64,000 bases of DNA from Candidatus Kapaibacterium sp. (GCA_963665665.1 OY762428.1:192001-256000), one strand, 5' to 3'; numbered from the stretch's first letter, positions 49,191-60,242 are shown. Made by a program: numbers and translations. The notes: generated by a model from the letters alone, not told the origin.

Positions 49191-50429
49191 TTATGCTCCC
49201 ACTACTTCGGTAACCTTCCTGGCTGCTTCTTCGAATGTTGTAGCAACCTTGAATTCCATACCGGAATTTTTAAGTGTTTCAGCGCCCTCAACGGCATTGG
49301 TTCCATCCAAACGAACAATAACAGGTGCATCAACCTGTACTGTCTTCAGTGCTTCCACAATACCGTCTGCAACTTTGTCGCAGCGAACGATACCGCCAAA
49401 AATATTTATCAGAACAGCTTTCACGTTAGGATCGCTCATCATAATCCTGAAAGCATTGGAAATTCTCTGTACATTTGCGCCGCCGCCTACATCAAGGAAG
49501 TTTGCAGGTTCGCCGCCGGATAATTTAATAAGATCCATTGTGGACATTGCAAGGCCGGCACCATTTACCATACAGCCAACATTACCATCGAGCTTGATAT
49601 AGTTCAAATCAAATTTCGAAGCTTCCACTTCAAGCGGGTCTTCTTCGCTTTCATCCCTGAGTTCCAAATAGTCGGGATGGCGGAACATTGCATTATCGTC
49701 AAAATTCATTTTGGCGTCAAGAGCAATCATTTCACCATCAGTTGTCAGTACCAGAGGATTGATCTCAAGAAGGCTGCAATCCAGTTCTTCGTAAGCTTTT
49801 GAAAGGTTCTTAATGAAAGGTATGAAATTTTTCAGTGCCAAACCGCTTAAACCAAGGCCGAAACCAAGTTTTCTTGCCTGGAAATCATCAAGATGGCCGC
49901 CCGGTTTAACCTGTTCTTTCAGGATTAGCTCAGGTGTTTCAGCGGCAACTTTCTCTATTTCCACACCACCTTCGGTTGATACCATGATTGTATTCATGCC
50001 TGACTGTCTGTCCAGAACGATACCTGCGTAAAATTCTTTTTCGATACCAACGCCCTGTTCAATCAGAAGCCTTCGTACTACGCTTCCGGCTTCTCCTGTC
50101 TGGATAGTTACAAGTTTGTTGCCGAGCATTTTTTCAGCAATCCTGTAAGCTGAATCAGCAATATTACCACCGGATATGATATTAACTCCCCTAAGGGGTT
50201 TATTACCATAAATAATTTCATTACCGGTTTCCATATCGTGGATAATACCTTTTCCACGTCCGCCGGCGTGAACCTGCGCCTTAATTACAACTGTTTCAAT
50301 ACCTTTTTCGGCAAATTCTTCGTGAGTTACTTTACCGGCATCTTCAGCATTAAAAACAACTTTGCTGAAAAGAACAGGCACATCAAATTTCTTTAAAAGT
50401 TCCTTCGCTTGATATTCATGAATTTTCAT
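49191..50429 (-). CDS. sucC: Succinate--CoA ligase [ADP-forming] subunit beta
   Basis: MKIHEYQAKELL, KAQVHAGGRGK, EINPL, LDAK, GCMVNGAGLAMSTMD, PANFLDVGGGA, NIFGGIVRCD. Confidence 0.97.
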   Translation of the reverse strand: MKIHEYQAKELLKKFDVPVLFSKVVFNAEDAGKVTHEEFAEKGIETVVIKAQVHAGGRGKGIIHDMETGNEIIYGNKPLRGVNIISGGNIADSAYRIAEKMLGNKLVTIQTGEAGSVVRRLLIEQGVGIEKEFYAGIVLDRQSGMNTIMVSTEGGVEIEKVAAETPELILKEQVKPGGHLDDFQARKLGFGLGLSGLALKNFIPFIKNLSKAYEELDCSLLEINPLVLTTDGEMIALDAKMNFDDNAMFRHPDYLELRDESEEDPLEVEASKFDLNYIKLDGNVGCMVNGAGLAMSTMDLIKLSGGEPANFLDVGGGANVQRISNAFRIMMSDPNVKAVLINIFGGIVRCDKVADGIVEALKTVQVDAPVIVRLDGTNAVEGAETLKNSGMEFKVATTFEEAARKVTEVVGA

Positions 50430-50619
50430 AGAAAAAACCCGGTATATTGTTAAAAATATATTTTGAATTGTCTTTTGTTCAAATTAATCTTCCCGGCAAG
50501 CGGTCGTTTTGTCTAGGCCGTCATTTTTTCACACTGCAAATTAAAAAATATTTTTTGTTTCAACTAAAAAAAATTGTCAAAAATTCACTTGTTCTTGTAT
50601 TTTAAAAGATAATCTATTG

Positions 50620-51123
50620 CTAAGAAGCATCTTCCTCTTTACTAACAACGATTAATACCTGATCGGAATCTACCTGCTCGCCTGCTTTAACATTTACTGT
50701 TTCTATAACGCCGTCGATTGAGGCGTAAAGAGTAGATTCCATTTTCATTGCCTCAACTATTATCAGCGCGTCACCTTCAGAAACTTTATCGCCCTCTTTA
50801 ACTTCCACTTTTACAACAGAACCCGGCATGGGGGGAAATATCTCTTCCCGGTCTGCGTTGGCTGCATCAGCAGTAAATGAAGTTTCCTCTTCATCAGGAA
50901 TGGAAAAATCAAATGAAAACTCACCAATTCTGACAAATATTTTATTATCTTTCAGAGCAGTATATGCATTATAATTTTTACCTCCAATATTAACCCTTAC
51001 AAGATTTTCTCCGTAACGAATAGTGGAGGCGTTGATAATTTCATCATTGATTTTAAATTCTTCCGTTGCATTGGGAGAAAGCTTTTCAATATTTATAAGT
51101 TCTTTTTTAAATAATAGTTCCAT
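50620..51123 (-). CDS. Biotin carboxyl carrier subunit (BT-like linker + biotinyl domain) of methylcrotonyl-CoA carboxylase
   Basis: PMPGSVV and EAMKME biotinylation motif; follows the biotin carboxylase gene. Confidence 0.9.
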   Translation of the reverse strand: MELLFKKELINIEKLSPNATEEFKINDEIINASTIRYGENLVRVNIGGKNYNAYTALKDNKIFVRIGEFSFDFSIPDEEETSFTADAANADREEIFPPMPGSVVKVEVKEGDKVSEGDALIIVEAMKMESTLYASIDGVIETVNVKAGEQVDSDQVLIVVSKEEDAS

Positions 51124-51147
51124 GATAATTTCCGTTGATTTTTGAAA

Positions 51148-52629
51148 TTATATTTCCCATTCGCCAATTTCCTGCCACGGTTCGGGTATTGAGTTATCAT
51201 CCGAAACTGCAAAAGATTTTTTCTGATTTTTAATTGTGCTGAAAGCTGCAATCATTGCTGCTTTACTAATATCATCCTGAGGTTCGCCAACATTTGGCAT
51301 GTGCTTTTCGATGAAGTCTGTAAAGGTATTGCCATTGATAAATTCAGGATGTTCCAATGCCTGTTTCATGAATGCTATTGAAGTTTTTACACCGAGAAGA
51401 ATGTTCTCTTTCAGGGCAGAGATCATTTTCAATCTGGCTTCTTCTCTGTCTGCACCGTAAGTGATAAGCTTGGCCATTACAGGATCATAAAATACCGGAA
51501 CTTCCGATCCGCTGTAAACGCCCGTATCATATCTAATACCTGGGCCTACCGGTTCTTTAACAAAAAGCAGGTCGCCTGATGAGGGCATGAAATTGTTTTC
51601 GTCGTCTTCGGCATAGATCCGGCATTCGATAGCGTGGCCGCGCTGGCTAAGTTCTTCCTGTTTAAATGGCATTTTCCCGCCGAAGGCAAGATCAATTTGA
51701 AGTTTCAGTAAATCAACTCCCGTCACCATTTCCGTAATCGGATGTTCAACCTGGATTCTTGTATTAACTTCCAGGAAGTAGAAATTTCTATCATTGTCCA
51801 GAAGAAATTCAACCGTGCCTACATTATTATAATTTGCAGCTGCAACAACGCGGATAGCTGTTTCTCCCATTTTCTTTCTTAATTCAGGATCCAGGGCAAC
51901 CGAGGGACTTTCTTCAATTATTTTCTGATGCCGCCTTTGTATCGAGCATTCCCTTTCGAACAGGTAAACTGCATTGCCGTAATCGTCTGCTGCCACCTGA
52001 ATTTCCACATGACGTGGAGATTCAATATATTTTTCAAGAAAAACTTCGTCGCTGCCAAAGGCAGAAAGCGCTTCTCTCATGGCTCCTTCAACAGCAGCTG
52101 CCAGTTCTTTGGATTCCCTTACTACCCGCATTCCCTTTCCACCGCCTCCGGCAGAAGCCTTAATTAAAACAGGGAATCCCATTTCTTCAGCAAGTTTCTC
52201 GTAATCAGATATTTCTTTGGAACTGCCTTTCATTCCGGGAATTACCGGCACGCCGGAATCAATCATAACTTTTCGTGATGCTGTTTTCGATCCGAGAAGG
52301 CTTACAGGCTCCGGTTTGGGCCCGATAAATATAAGTCCGGCATCGCGAACTTTCTGATTAAATTCGGCATTTTCCGCCAGGAATCCGTAACCCGGATGTA
52401 TAGCATCAGCTCCGGTATCAAGGGCTGCCTGAATAATTGCTTCCATTTTTAAATACGAATCTTTTGCAGGAGCCGGGCCAATACAGACTGCCTCGTCGGC
52501 AAGTATCACATGTAATGCTTTTTCGTCTGCTTCGGAATAGACTGCCACAGTTTCATGGCCAAGTTCCCTGCATGCCCGAATAATTCGGCAGGCTATTTCG
52601 CTCCGGTTAGCTATGAGGATTTTGTGCAT
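51148..52629 (-). CDS. Biotin carboxylase subunit (methylcrotonyl-CoA carboxylase alpha, BC domain)
   Basis: KILIANRSEIA, HPGYGFLAEN, KASAGGGGKGMR, ERECSIQRRHQK, FLEVNTRIQVEHP, HAIECRIYAED. Confidence 0.93.
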   Translation of the reverse strand: MHKILIANRSEIACRIIRACRELGHETVAVYSEADEKALHVILADEAVCIGPAPAKDSYLKMEAIIQAALDTGADAIHPGYGFLAENAEFNQKVRDAGLIFIGPKPEPVSLLGSKTASRKVMIDSGVPVIPGMKGSSKEISDYEKLAEEMGFPVLIKASAGGGGKGMRVVRESKELAAAVEGAMREALSAFGSDEVFLEKYIESPRHVEIQVAADDYGNAVYLFERECSIQRRHQKIIEESPSVALDPELRKKMGETAIRVVAAANYNNVGTVEFLLDNDRNFYFLEVNTRIQVEHPITEMVTGVDLLKLQIDLAFGGKMPFKQEELSQRGHAIECRIYAEDDENNFMPSSGDLLFVKEPVGPGIRYDTGVYSGSEVPVFYDPVMAKLITYGADREEARLKMISALKENILLGVKTSIAFMKQALEHPEFINGNTFTDFIEKHMPNVGEPQDDISKAAMIAAFSTIKNQKKSFAVSDDNSIPEPWQEIGEWEI

Positions 52630-52655
52630 TTGAAACCTTCAATTTTATATTTCAA

Positions 52656-53426
52656 TTATTTTTGTTTCTTAAGAAAATTACCCATTCTTTCCTGTGCTTC
52701 ATCACTCATTCTAAGCCTGGCTATCATTCCTGCCGTATATTCCATCAGTTCCGTATGTTTAATTTTTCCGACGTCAAATATTAATTCTTTTGCTGCCCTG
52801 ACCGCATGTGGGCCTGAAGAAAGTATCAACTCTACCTTGTGATCAACAAAATTGTCAAATTCATCCGGTGGAACAGCATAATTAATCAATCCTATTTTTT
52901 CCGCGAAATGTGCGTCAAACCTTTCACCGGTAATAAATAATTCCCTGGCTCTTGAACTTCCGATCCTGCACATCACATAAGGTGAAATTACAGCCGGTAC
53001 CAGCCCCAGTTTGACTTCAGTAAATGCAAACCGCGCGGTATCAACTGCAATAACAATATCACAAACACTCATCAGCCCGGTACCTCCGCCAATGGCAGAG
53101 CCGTTCACCCTTGCAATTACAGGTATCGGGTAATTGTGTATCATGTCCATAAGTTCTGCGAGTTTTATTGAATCCTCGAAATTCTCGTCGTAGGTATAAT
53201 CAAGGACACCGCTCATCCATTTCAGGTCTGCTCCGGCACAAAATGAAGGGCCTGATCCGGTTAAAACTATACAGCGTAATCCATCGGTTTCTTTCAGTTC
53301 CCGGAATGCATCGGTCAGGTCTGCAATCAATTCCGCGTTGAAAGCATTATGAATATCCGGCCTGTTCAGTATAATCCTGGCAGTTCTTCCGGAATTTTCG
53401 ATTAATAATGTTCTATAAATGTTCAT
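52656..53426 (-). CDS. Enoyl-CoA hydratase family protein, probably methylglutaconyl-CoA hydratase (LiuC-like)
   Basis: LNRPDIHNAFN, SFCAGADLKWM, AIGGGTGL, TEVKLGLVPAVISPYV; MCC gene context. ATG 53426 chosen. Confidence 0.88.
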   Translation of the reverse strand: MNIYRTLLIENSGRTARIILNRPDIHNAFNAELIADLTDAFRELKETDGLRCIVLTGSGPSFCAGADLKWMSGVLDYTYDENFEDSIKLAELMDMIHNYPIPVIARVNGSAIGGGTGLMSVCDIVIAVDTARFAFTEVKLGLVPAVISPYVMCRIGSSRARELFITGERFDAHFAEKIGLINYAVPPDEFDNFVDHKVELILSSGPHAVRAAKELIFDVGKIKHTELMEYTAGMIARLRMSDEAQERMGNFLKKQK

Positions 53427-54459
53427 CTTTGTTTTGTGCTTGTGGAATATAATATGTTTTTCCCTCGGACTTTTTGTCAACTGCTTTCATAGCAATATCC
53501 TGAACCTGGTTGTAAGATTTTTCGAGCCTTTGGGAATATGTTTCTATCAATTTAGCCTGCTCGGCAATAGTTTTTTCGAGTGATTCGATCTTGGTTGTCA
53601 TTACGTTTTTCTCGCCGCTGAATTCAGCTTTTAGTAGGGATTCTTTATGCTCAGATTCCATAATGATCTTTTCAGTGGCATGCTTCACTGCCCTGTTAAT
53701 CTCTTTTTCCATTGTTACCGGGAATTTTTCTACTTCCTGCCTTAGGCTGTTTAATTCTTCTTCAGCTTTTTCAATAATTGATTCTCTTTCAGCAAGGGAT
53801 TTTTCAGTTTCCTCTTTCATTGTGGCGAGTTCTCTTTCAAGGGCTGCTTTTTCGGCTTCGAATTTATCCTTTGCCTGTTTTCTTTCCAGTTTGAAATTGT
53901 ATTCGAATTCTTCTTTCAGGCGCATTCTTTTCTTATTGTCCTCTGCTACGATTTCTTTTCTTTCAATTTCATATCCGGCTTTTTCTTTTTTCCATTCATC
54001 GCGGGTTTCTTCAATTTCTTCTTCAAGCTCATACTTTTCTTCTTCAAGTTCACTTATAAGTTCTTCTTTTTTGGCTCTTTGCGCTTCAATAATTGAGGAC
54101 AGAGTCAACGCTTCTTTTTCGATTTCATAAATTTCGCTAAGTTCGGCCTCTTTTATTTCTACTGCTCTTTTCAGCTTATCATAGTTTTTAAGTTCCTGTT
54201 CGATTCCATCGCTTACATTATTTATTAGTGCAGTAAATTCATCTTTAACAGTACTTATACTTTTAGAAAATCCTTCAGTTAATATTTTATCCGTAGATTC
54301 AATAACTTCTTTTTTCTCTTTTTCAGCTTTTTTAATTTCAGGTTTAAGCTGAGTTTTTTCTTTTTCTTTCAATTCAGTTAATAGTTGATTATACGCTTCC
54401 AGCATTTCCTTTTTGGTGTTGCTCATAGAAACTTGTTTTTCGTTTTCCTTTGCTGTCAT
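53413..54459 (-). CDS. Conserved-type long coiled-coil hypothetical protein
   Basis: E/K-rich heptads over about 300 aa; NTKKEMLEAY start, EEFEY, VQDIA.KAV end; GGAGA RBS before ATG 54459. Confidence 0.8.
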   Translation of the reverse strand: MTAKENEKQVSMSNTKKEMLEAYNQLLTELKEKEKTQLKPEIKKAEKEKKEVIESTDKILTEGFSKSISTVKDEFTALINNVSDGIEQELKNYDKLKRAVEIKEAELSEIYEIEKEALTLSSIIEAQRAKKEELISELEEEKYELEEEIEETRDEWKKEKAGYEIERKEIVAEDNKKRMRLKEEFEYNFKLERKQAKDKFEAEKAALERELATMKEETEKSLAERESIIEKAEEELNSLRQEVEKFPVTMEKEINRAVKHATEKIIMESEHKESLLKAEFSGEKNVMTTKIESLEKTIAEQAKLIETYSQRLEKSYNQVQDIAMKAVDKKSEGKTYYIPQAQNKDEHL

Positions 54460-54546
54460 CTTTGATCTCCAAATAAACATCATAAAATTAAATACTAATA
54501 CCGGCTATTTTGAAATTCAAAACAGCCTTCTTACAAAATTAAATAA

Positions 54547-56154
54547 TTACATCCTGAATACGCCATATTTCTGATCCGGTATTTCCCTGTTCAAAGCCAT
54601 AGAAATGCCGAGCCCGACAACATTTCTCGTGTCAAGCGGATCGATAATACCGTCATCCCAAATCCTTGCCGAGCTGTAATAGGGTGTTGCCTCGTATTCA
54701 TATTTATCAATTATCGGTTGTCGTATTGCCTTTATCTCATCGTCTGTAAGGGTTTTTCCCGAACGTTCAAGCTGTTTGATTTTTACTGTTGCAAGAACGT
54801 CTGCCGCCTGCTCGCCGCCCATAACTGAAATTCTTCCATGCGGCCACATCCAAAGCAGGTTGGGATCATATCCACGGCCACACATTGCATAGTTGCCCGC
54901 TCCATACGAACCGCCCACTATAATAGTGAATTTGGGGACATCGGCATTTGCTACAGCGTGAACAAGCTTCGCTCCGTCGCGGGCTATTCCGCCGTGCTCG
55001 TATTTTCGCCCTACGATGAACCCGGTTATATTCTGTAGGAATAGCAGAGGAATTTTCCTGATAGTGCATAGCTCAATAAAATGCGCACCTTTCAGGCTGG
55101 ATTCAGAAAATAATACTCCATTGTTTGCAAGAATGCCTACCGGATAGCCCATTATCCTTGCAAAACCAGTGATAATTGTTGTTCCGTATGTTTCCTTAAA
55201 TTCCTGAAAACGGCTGCCGTCAACTATACGGGCAATTACTTCTCTCATGTCGAAAGGCGTGCGTATGTTTTTGGGCATAATGCCGTAAAGTTCTTTCGGG
55301 TCGTAAGCAGGCTCTTTGGGAATTTCTCTGCCTATATCAAACTTTTTCTGTTTTCCGAAGTTCTCTACAATATTCCTTGTTATTTCAAGAGCATGAGTGT
55401 CGTTCTGAGCGTAATGATCCGATACGCCTGATATCTTACAATGAACATCAGCGCCGCCGAGTTCTTCATCTGTAACAACTTCCCCGGTTGCCGCTTTCAC
55501 AAGTGGCGGCCCCCCAATAAATATAGTTGCCTGGTTTCGAACCATAATTGTTTCGTCGCTCATGGCGGGAACATAAGCACCGCCTGCAGTACAGGAACCC
55601 ATTACAACAGCTATCTGTGGTATATTTTCAGCTGACAGTCTGGCCTGGTTATAAAATATTTTGCCAAAATGGTCTCTGTCCGGAAAAGTTTCGGATTGAT
55701 GAGGAAGGAAAATTCCCCCGCTGTCAACTAAGTAAATGCAGGGAAGATGGTTCTTCAGTGCAATTTCCTGCGCACGAACATGCTTCTTAATTGTCATTGG
55801 GAAATAAGTACCGCCCTTGACTGTGGCATCGTTTGCAACAATCATACATTCTCTCCCTTTTATCACTCCAATGCCGGTTACCATTCCGGCAGAAGGGGCT
55901 GCATCGTCATACATATCATAAGCAGCAAAAGAAGAGAGTTCCAAAAAAGGAGTATTTTTATCACATAATTTTTTTATTCTGTCCCTGACAAGCATTTTAC
56001 CACGTTCTTCATGGCGTACTCTGGACTTCTCAGGCCCTCCGAGTTTTACCTTCGATAATTCATCGCGAAATTCTGCAACAATATTTTCAGAGTGTTCGAA
56101 ATTTTCCTTGTAGGCAGGTGTTTTTAACGAGATTTTTGATTGAATTTTTCTCAT
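54547..56154 (-). CDS. Methylcrotonyl-CoA carboxylase beta subunit (carboxyltransferase)
   Basis: [78 protein letters not shown]-terminal YGVFRM. Confidence 0.93.
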   Translation of the reverse strand: MRKIQSKISLKTPAYKENFEHSENIVAEFRDELSKVKLGGPEKSRVRHEERGKMLVRDRIKKLCDKNTPFLELSSFAAYDMYDDAAPSAGMVTGIGVIKGRECMIVANDATVKGGTYFPMTIKKHVRAQEIALKNHLPCIYLVDSGGIFLPHQSETFPDRDHFGKIFYNQARLSAENIPQIAVVMGSCTAGGAYVPAMSDETIMVRNQATIFIGGPPLVKAATGEVVTDEELGGADVHCKISGVSDHYAQNDTHALEITRNIVENFGKQKKFDIGREIPKEPAYDPKELYGIMPKNIRTPFDMREVIARIVDGSRFQEFKETYGTTIITGFARIMGYPVGILANNGVLFSESSLKGAHFIELCTIRKIPLLFLQNITGFIVGRKYEHGGIARDGAKLVHAVANADVPKFTIIVGGSYGAGNYAMCGRGYDPNLLWMWPHGRISVMGGEQAADVLATVKIKQLERSGKTLTDDEIKAIRQPIIDKYEYEATPYYSSARIWDDGIIDPLDTRNVVGLGISMALNREIPDQKYGVFRM

Positions 56155-56401
56155 ATATCTTCAGCTTCCGGATATTTAAGCAAAATATTTTCATTAATTA
56201 AATTGATTTTAATTACCGAACAGACATATAGAAAAGACTAATCATCGTATTGCCGGCAATAAAATAAAAAAAATTCCTGTATTAACAAGCCATAAAAGTG
56301 AATGATTGTAAATATTGACAGAATTTCAATTTTTTTTGAATATTTGTATCATTTGTGTTTTTTTTTGAAGAATATTTGAAAACAGAATTCCACTACTAAG
56401 G

Positions 56402-56512
56402 TCATTATTTATAAATCCGTTAATACCGACACTGACAGAATGGGGAATAATTACTATGGCCAGCCTCCTGTCAGTATTTGGCATTTGGATTATTTGGAAG
56501 AGAATGATCTGA
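56402..56512 (+). pseudogene. Orphan IPTL-CTERM sorting signal remnant
   Basis: Reads SLFINPLIPTLTEWGIITMASLLSVFGIWIIWKRMI*: IPTL-x-EWG, TM helix, basic end. In-frame TGA at 56366 upstream and no standard start before IPTL. Confidence 0.7.
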
Positions 56513-56874
56513 ATCTGCCAATATTTTATTCTTTGTTGTCTGCAATAATAATCTCAGATATCAGGAATCCAGTTAATTCAATTATTGTCGCTGTTTTGCT
56601 TAATACCATACACTTTCCGACCCCTTCAAAACACATGATATGCGGAACACACGAGGTGTAAAACCCTTCCGAAGGGGTTGCTTATCTGATCAATAGATAA
56701 AATTGTAAAATAAAATGCTTGTTTTGCTGTAAAAAACCAGCCCTATCTTTAGTAAAATGTCGGAAAATACGGGCGGGAATTCATCTTGTAACTAAATATT
56801 TATCACACTAAGCAAATTAAAACAAGGTTACTATTCAGTTTAACTTTGAAAATATGGAAAAACTGTATAAAGCG

Positions 56875-56963
56875 GTCATTCTGAGCGCCAGCGAAGAATC
56901 CATTCTTCAATAATTCTTTAAGAAAAAGATGGATTCTTCAGTCGCAAGCTCCTTCAGAATGAC
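56875..56963. repeat. Palindromic MITE/REPIN-like element (GTCATTCTGAG family)
   Basis: GTCATTCTGAGCGCCAGCGAAGAATCCAT ... ATGGATTCTTCAGTCGCAAGCTCCTTCAGAATGAC. Confidence 0.85.
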
Positions 56964-57116
56964 GTTTTTAGGATTTTTCCTCAAAATATTAAACTATCTG
57001 AGTGGTTACAAAACAGGAAAAGCTCGCAAATCTCAGAATCAATATATTATCAAAGAAACATCCGATCCCCTGAAGAGACCGGATGATTTCAATTTAATAA
57101 ATTTTTGCACTAAATA

Positions 57117-60100
57117 TTAAAAATCATATCCCAGTGAGAAGAGGTATTCCGGTTTGGACCAGTTGCTGAACTCATTTCTCCAGGCAACATCCATTTTTAC
57201 CGGCATTCCCAATAGATATGTTCTGACACCAATACCCGAACTCATCATTAGATCCTGAGGGTGGCGTTTGCCATTCTCGTCAACATAGGTTGCCTTAAAA
57301 TCATCGTTGAATGCCCCGCCAACGTCAAGGAACAGTGCTCCCTGCACTCCCTGGAAAAGAATCGGTACAGGGCCGGCAAGCAGCGCCCTGAATAGCGGGA
57401 ATCTGAACTCAACATTAGATACAAAATATTTCGACCCGACTTTCTCGGCAAGTTCAAAACCACGAAGAGGATAAACAAATTCCATAAATGCAAAATCTTC
57501 CGGATTTTCGAACGGAAGAGTTGTGATAGTATAGTTTGGATTTATCCAGTTTTCGGTTCCGCCCAGGAAGAAGTTCTGCGGGTTTGGCCCGAAACTGGCT
57601 GCACCAGCTCCCCTGACGGCAATATCCATAAAGGCACCTACATGAATGTAATGCCTGAAATCTGCTTTGAATGTTGTAAACCCAATTCCCTTATCAGTTA
57701 ATTTCGGGGTTCCCTTGATTCCGACAAAATACCTGCTGCCCTTTGCCGGGCCGAAATTACCCCAGAGAACATCGTCGTGAACATAACGGAATTCCGGAAC
57801 GAACATCATCCTTGTCTGATCCTCAATTTCGATAGGATTTCCACTAATAGAAACAGGCAATGCGTTTTCTTTAGAAACATTCATCCAGGCAAGGCTTGCT
57901 TCAATTCTGTTGAACATATCAAATGGAAGTGAGCCGGTAACACCAAGGCCCCAATTCCTGAAGCGGTAAAAAGTAGTATTCCCAGTCTCTTCATATCCGG
58001 GAACCAATCCGCGAACATATCCGGCGCTGTGATAAGCATTGAAATTATAATCAATTATTTCCGGCATATAATAGTAACCAACATATATCGAGCTGTTCCT
58101 GAGATCAGTCAGGAGATTAGCCTGAGCAAATATCTGATGATCTCCCATTATATCACTGAAAAGCATTTGTGTAACGCCCTGCATTCCATAATAAGTTGAA
58201 TAACCGGGATTTGCTAAAATCAAATCCGGAGAAAATTTAACTTTATAATCTTTGATAACAAAAGTTGAATCATCATATAATCCAGCTTCTTTTCCATCTT
58301 TCGAATCTGTTCCCATAGCCTGCAAATCAGGATTGGGCTTGATAATTTCCTGCCGGGAAAATTCAATATCAAAATCGCCGTAACCTTTCAGGTCATCCTG
58401 TTCATCAAAATCTTCGATTACAACACTATTGATAATTTCTTTATTTTCAATCTGTTTTTGTCTGAATTTTGTAAGAGGCAGAGTATCAATATCAAGATTT
58501 TTCTCAAATGGATAGCGAATCATATAAATATCATATCCGGCATTTACCTGAACATTGAAGAGCAGTTTCGATGCATCAGGGGTCAGGGAAAGCTGGGAAA
58601 TTCCATTTATTGAATTTGTTTTGGGAATAATCCTGTTGGTTTTCAAATTCAATTCATAAATATTACCTATACCGTTTTTATCCGATACAAACAGCATCCT
58701 GTTATCCTTAGGCCCGACAGCGATTGATGTTTTCTGATAATCAGGATCGAAAGTCAGCCTGGTAATTTTTTTATCAGATAAATATATCCTGTAAATATCA
58801 GAACTGTAGACATTATGATTCCAAATCTGAACCTGTTTTGGTTTAATATCAGAAGCCAAATTATCTTCGCGGTCAGAGATAAAGAAAACAGATTTGGAAT
58901 CGTTAGCCCAGACAGGATAAGAATCAGAGAAAACATCGTCAGTCAGTTTTGAATATTCTTTGTTATTGATGTTGTATATAAAAATATCGCTGCGACAGTC
59001 CTGAGTGCCTACAAAGGCAATTTTATCACCATCGGGAGACCATACAACGGAGGAAATTGATTTTAGCCCGAAAGTCAGCTTATCATAATCACCATCATCA
59101 GCATCAACAATAAAAACTGCATCTTCGGGGCCTGCCTTAGCTGAAATAGCTATTTTTTTACCATCCGGAGACCAGCTTATACCAGGAGTAAGTAAATTAA
59201 GATCCTCGAAGTCCTGAGCTCTGAAACTACTAACAAGTTCCTGCCGGGATTCTTTGTTATCAATATCCTGAACGAAAACTCCGAACAATCCTTCTTCATC
59301 GGCAATGAAGGCAACTTTTTCCCCGTTCGGAGAGACAGCAGGCGAAGAATTATAAAAGTTTCCGGCCTTTTTGTGATCAGTTACGGCAACGGCAAAATCT
59401 TTCGGGTCGTCAAACACATCAAGGTCTGTCCAGTAGTATTTTTTAAGGTCTTTTTGCCATTGTTCCGAAAACTCTTCCAATTTCATATTGAAAGCGCTTC
59501 TGAAAGCAGCTTCAACATTTTTATTTATTTTAAATTTTGTAATAAGCTCCCCGATTTTTTCCGGGCCATATTTATCTGCCACATACCAGTAGAATGTCTG
59601 CCCGCCACGATAAGCAAGATAACCCGACAAATATTCAAGCGGAGGCAAATACTCGCTGATAGTAAGGTCTCGCATAAACATATCAGTTTCAGTATTCATT
59701 CCGCCAATTGATTCGAACTCGGCCAGACCTTCATTCATCCAGATTGGCAGAAATGCCTGCCCGCCCGTACTTATGGAAGTTTGCAGCGAACCGCCGTGAA
59801 GCATATCATTCAGAACGGCATGCACAAGTTCGTGGTGGATAACGTGGTCGAGCTGTGAAAAATCACCCTGAAAGGGAACCACAACCCTGTTTTTGTATAA
59901 TTCGGTAACACCGCCAACGCCTTCAGGCATAAAACTCATTATCACGTTGGTTTGCTGAAACTCGTTGTGAGAGTTATACACCATCATGGATATTCTTTTC
60001 CGTATCTTCCAGTTCAGAGTTTCCTCGATTGAAGCCAGGGCACGTTCGGCACTGTTGGCAGAGTATTTTGCTATATAGGAAGATCCTGCATCAAAATACA

Positions 60101-60242
60101 CGTCGAAATGCTTTGATTCAATATATTTCCAGTCGAATGTCTGGTATTGTACTTTGTTCTTGCCAAACTGAGCGTTAGCAGCAGATGTAAAAAGAGAAAT
60201 GGTTGCAAATATTACAAGAAAAGTTTTTAATAATTTCAACAT
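57117..60242 (-). CDS. Peptidase MA-like domain + PD40/TolB-like propeller + BamA/TamA-like (Omp85) barrel protein
   Basis: QFGKNKVQY after signal peptide; HHELVH and W.NEGLAE zinc motifs; repeated WSPDG; LRGF, EFRFP, G.G.R, C-terminal FSLGYDF. Confidence 0.85.
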   Translation of the reverse strand: MLKLLKTFLVIFATISLFTSAANAQFGKNKVQYQTFDWKYIESKHFDVYFDAGSSYIAKYSANSAERALASIEETLNWKIRKRISMMVYNSHNEFQQTNVIMSFMPEGVGGVTELYKNRVVVPFQGDFSQLDHVIHHELVHAVLNDMLHGGSLQTSISTGGQAFLPIWMNEGLAEFESIGGMNTETDMFMRDLTISEYLPPLEYLSGYLAYRGGQTFYWYVADKYGPEKIGELITKFKINKNVEAAFRSAFNMKLEEFSEQWQKDLKKYYWTDLDVFDDPKDFAVAVTDHKKAGNFYNSSPAVSPNGEKVAFIADEEGLFGVFVQDIDNKESRQELVSSFRAQDFEDLNLLTPGISWSPDGKKIAISAKAGPEDAVFIVDADDGDYDKLTFGLKSISSVVWSPDGDKIAFVGTQDCRSDIFIYNINNKEYSKLTDDVFSDSYPVWANDSKSVFFISDREDNLASDIKPKQVQIWNHNVYSSDIYRIYLSDKKITRLTFDPDYQKTSIAVGPKDNRMLFVSDKNGIGNIYELNLKTNRIIPKTNSINGISQLSLTPDASKLLFNVQVNAGYDIYMIRYPFEKNLDIDTLPLTKFRQKQIENKEIINSVVIEDFDEQDDLKGYGDFDIEFSRQEIIKPNPDLQAMGTDSKDGKEAGLYDDSTFVIKDYKVKFSPDLILANPGYSTYYGMQGVTQMLFSDIMGDHQIFAQANLLTDLRNSSIYVGYYYMPEIIDYNFNAYHSAGYVRGLVPGYEETGNTTFYRFRNWGLGVTGSLPFDMFNRIEASLAWMNVSKENALPVSISGNPIEIEDQTRMMFVPEFRYVHDDVLWGNFGPAKGSRYFVGIKGTPKLTDKGIGFTTFKADFRHYIHVGAFMDIAVRGAGAASFGPNPQNFFLGGTENWINPNYTITTLPFENPEDFAFMEFVYPLRGFELAEKVGSKYFVSNVEFRFPLFRALLAGPVPILFQGVQGALFLDVGGAFNDDFKATYVDENGKRHPQDLMMSSGIGVRTYLLGMPVKMDVAWRNEFSNWSKPEYLFSLGYDF

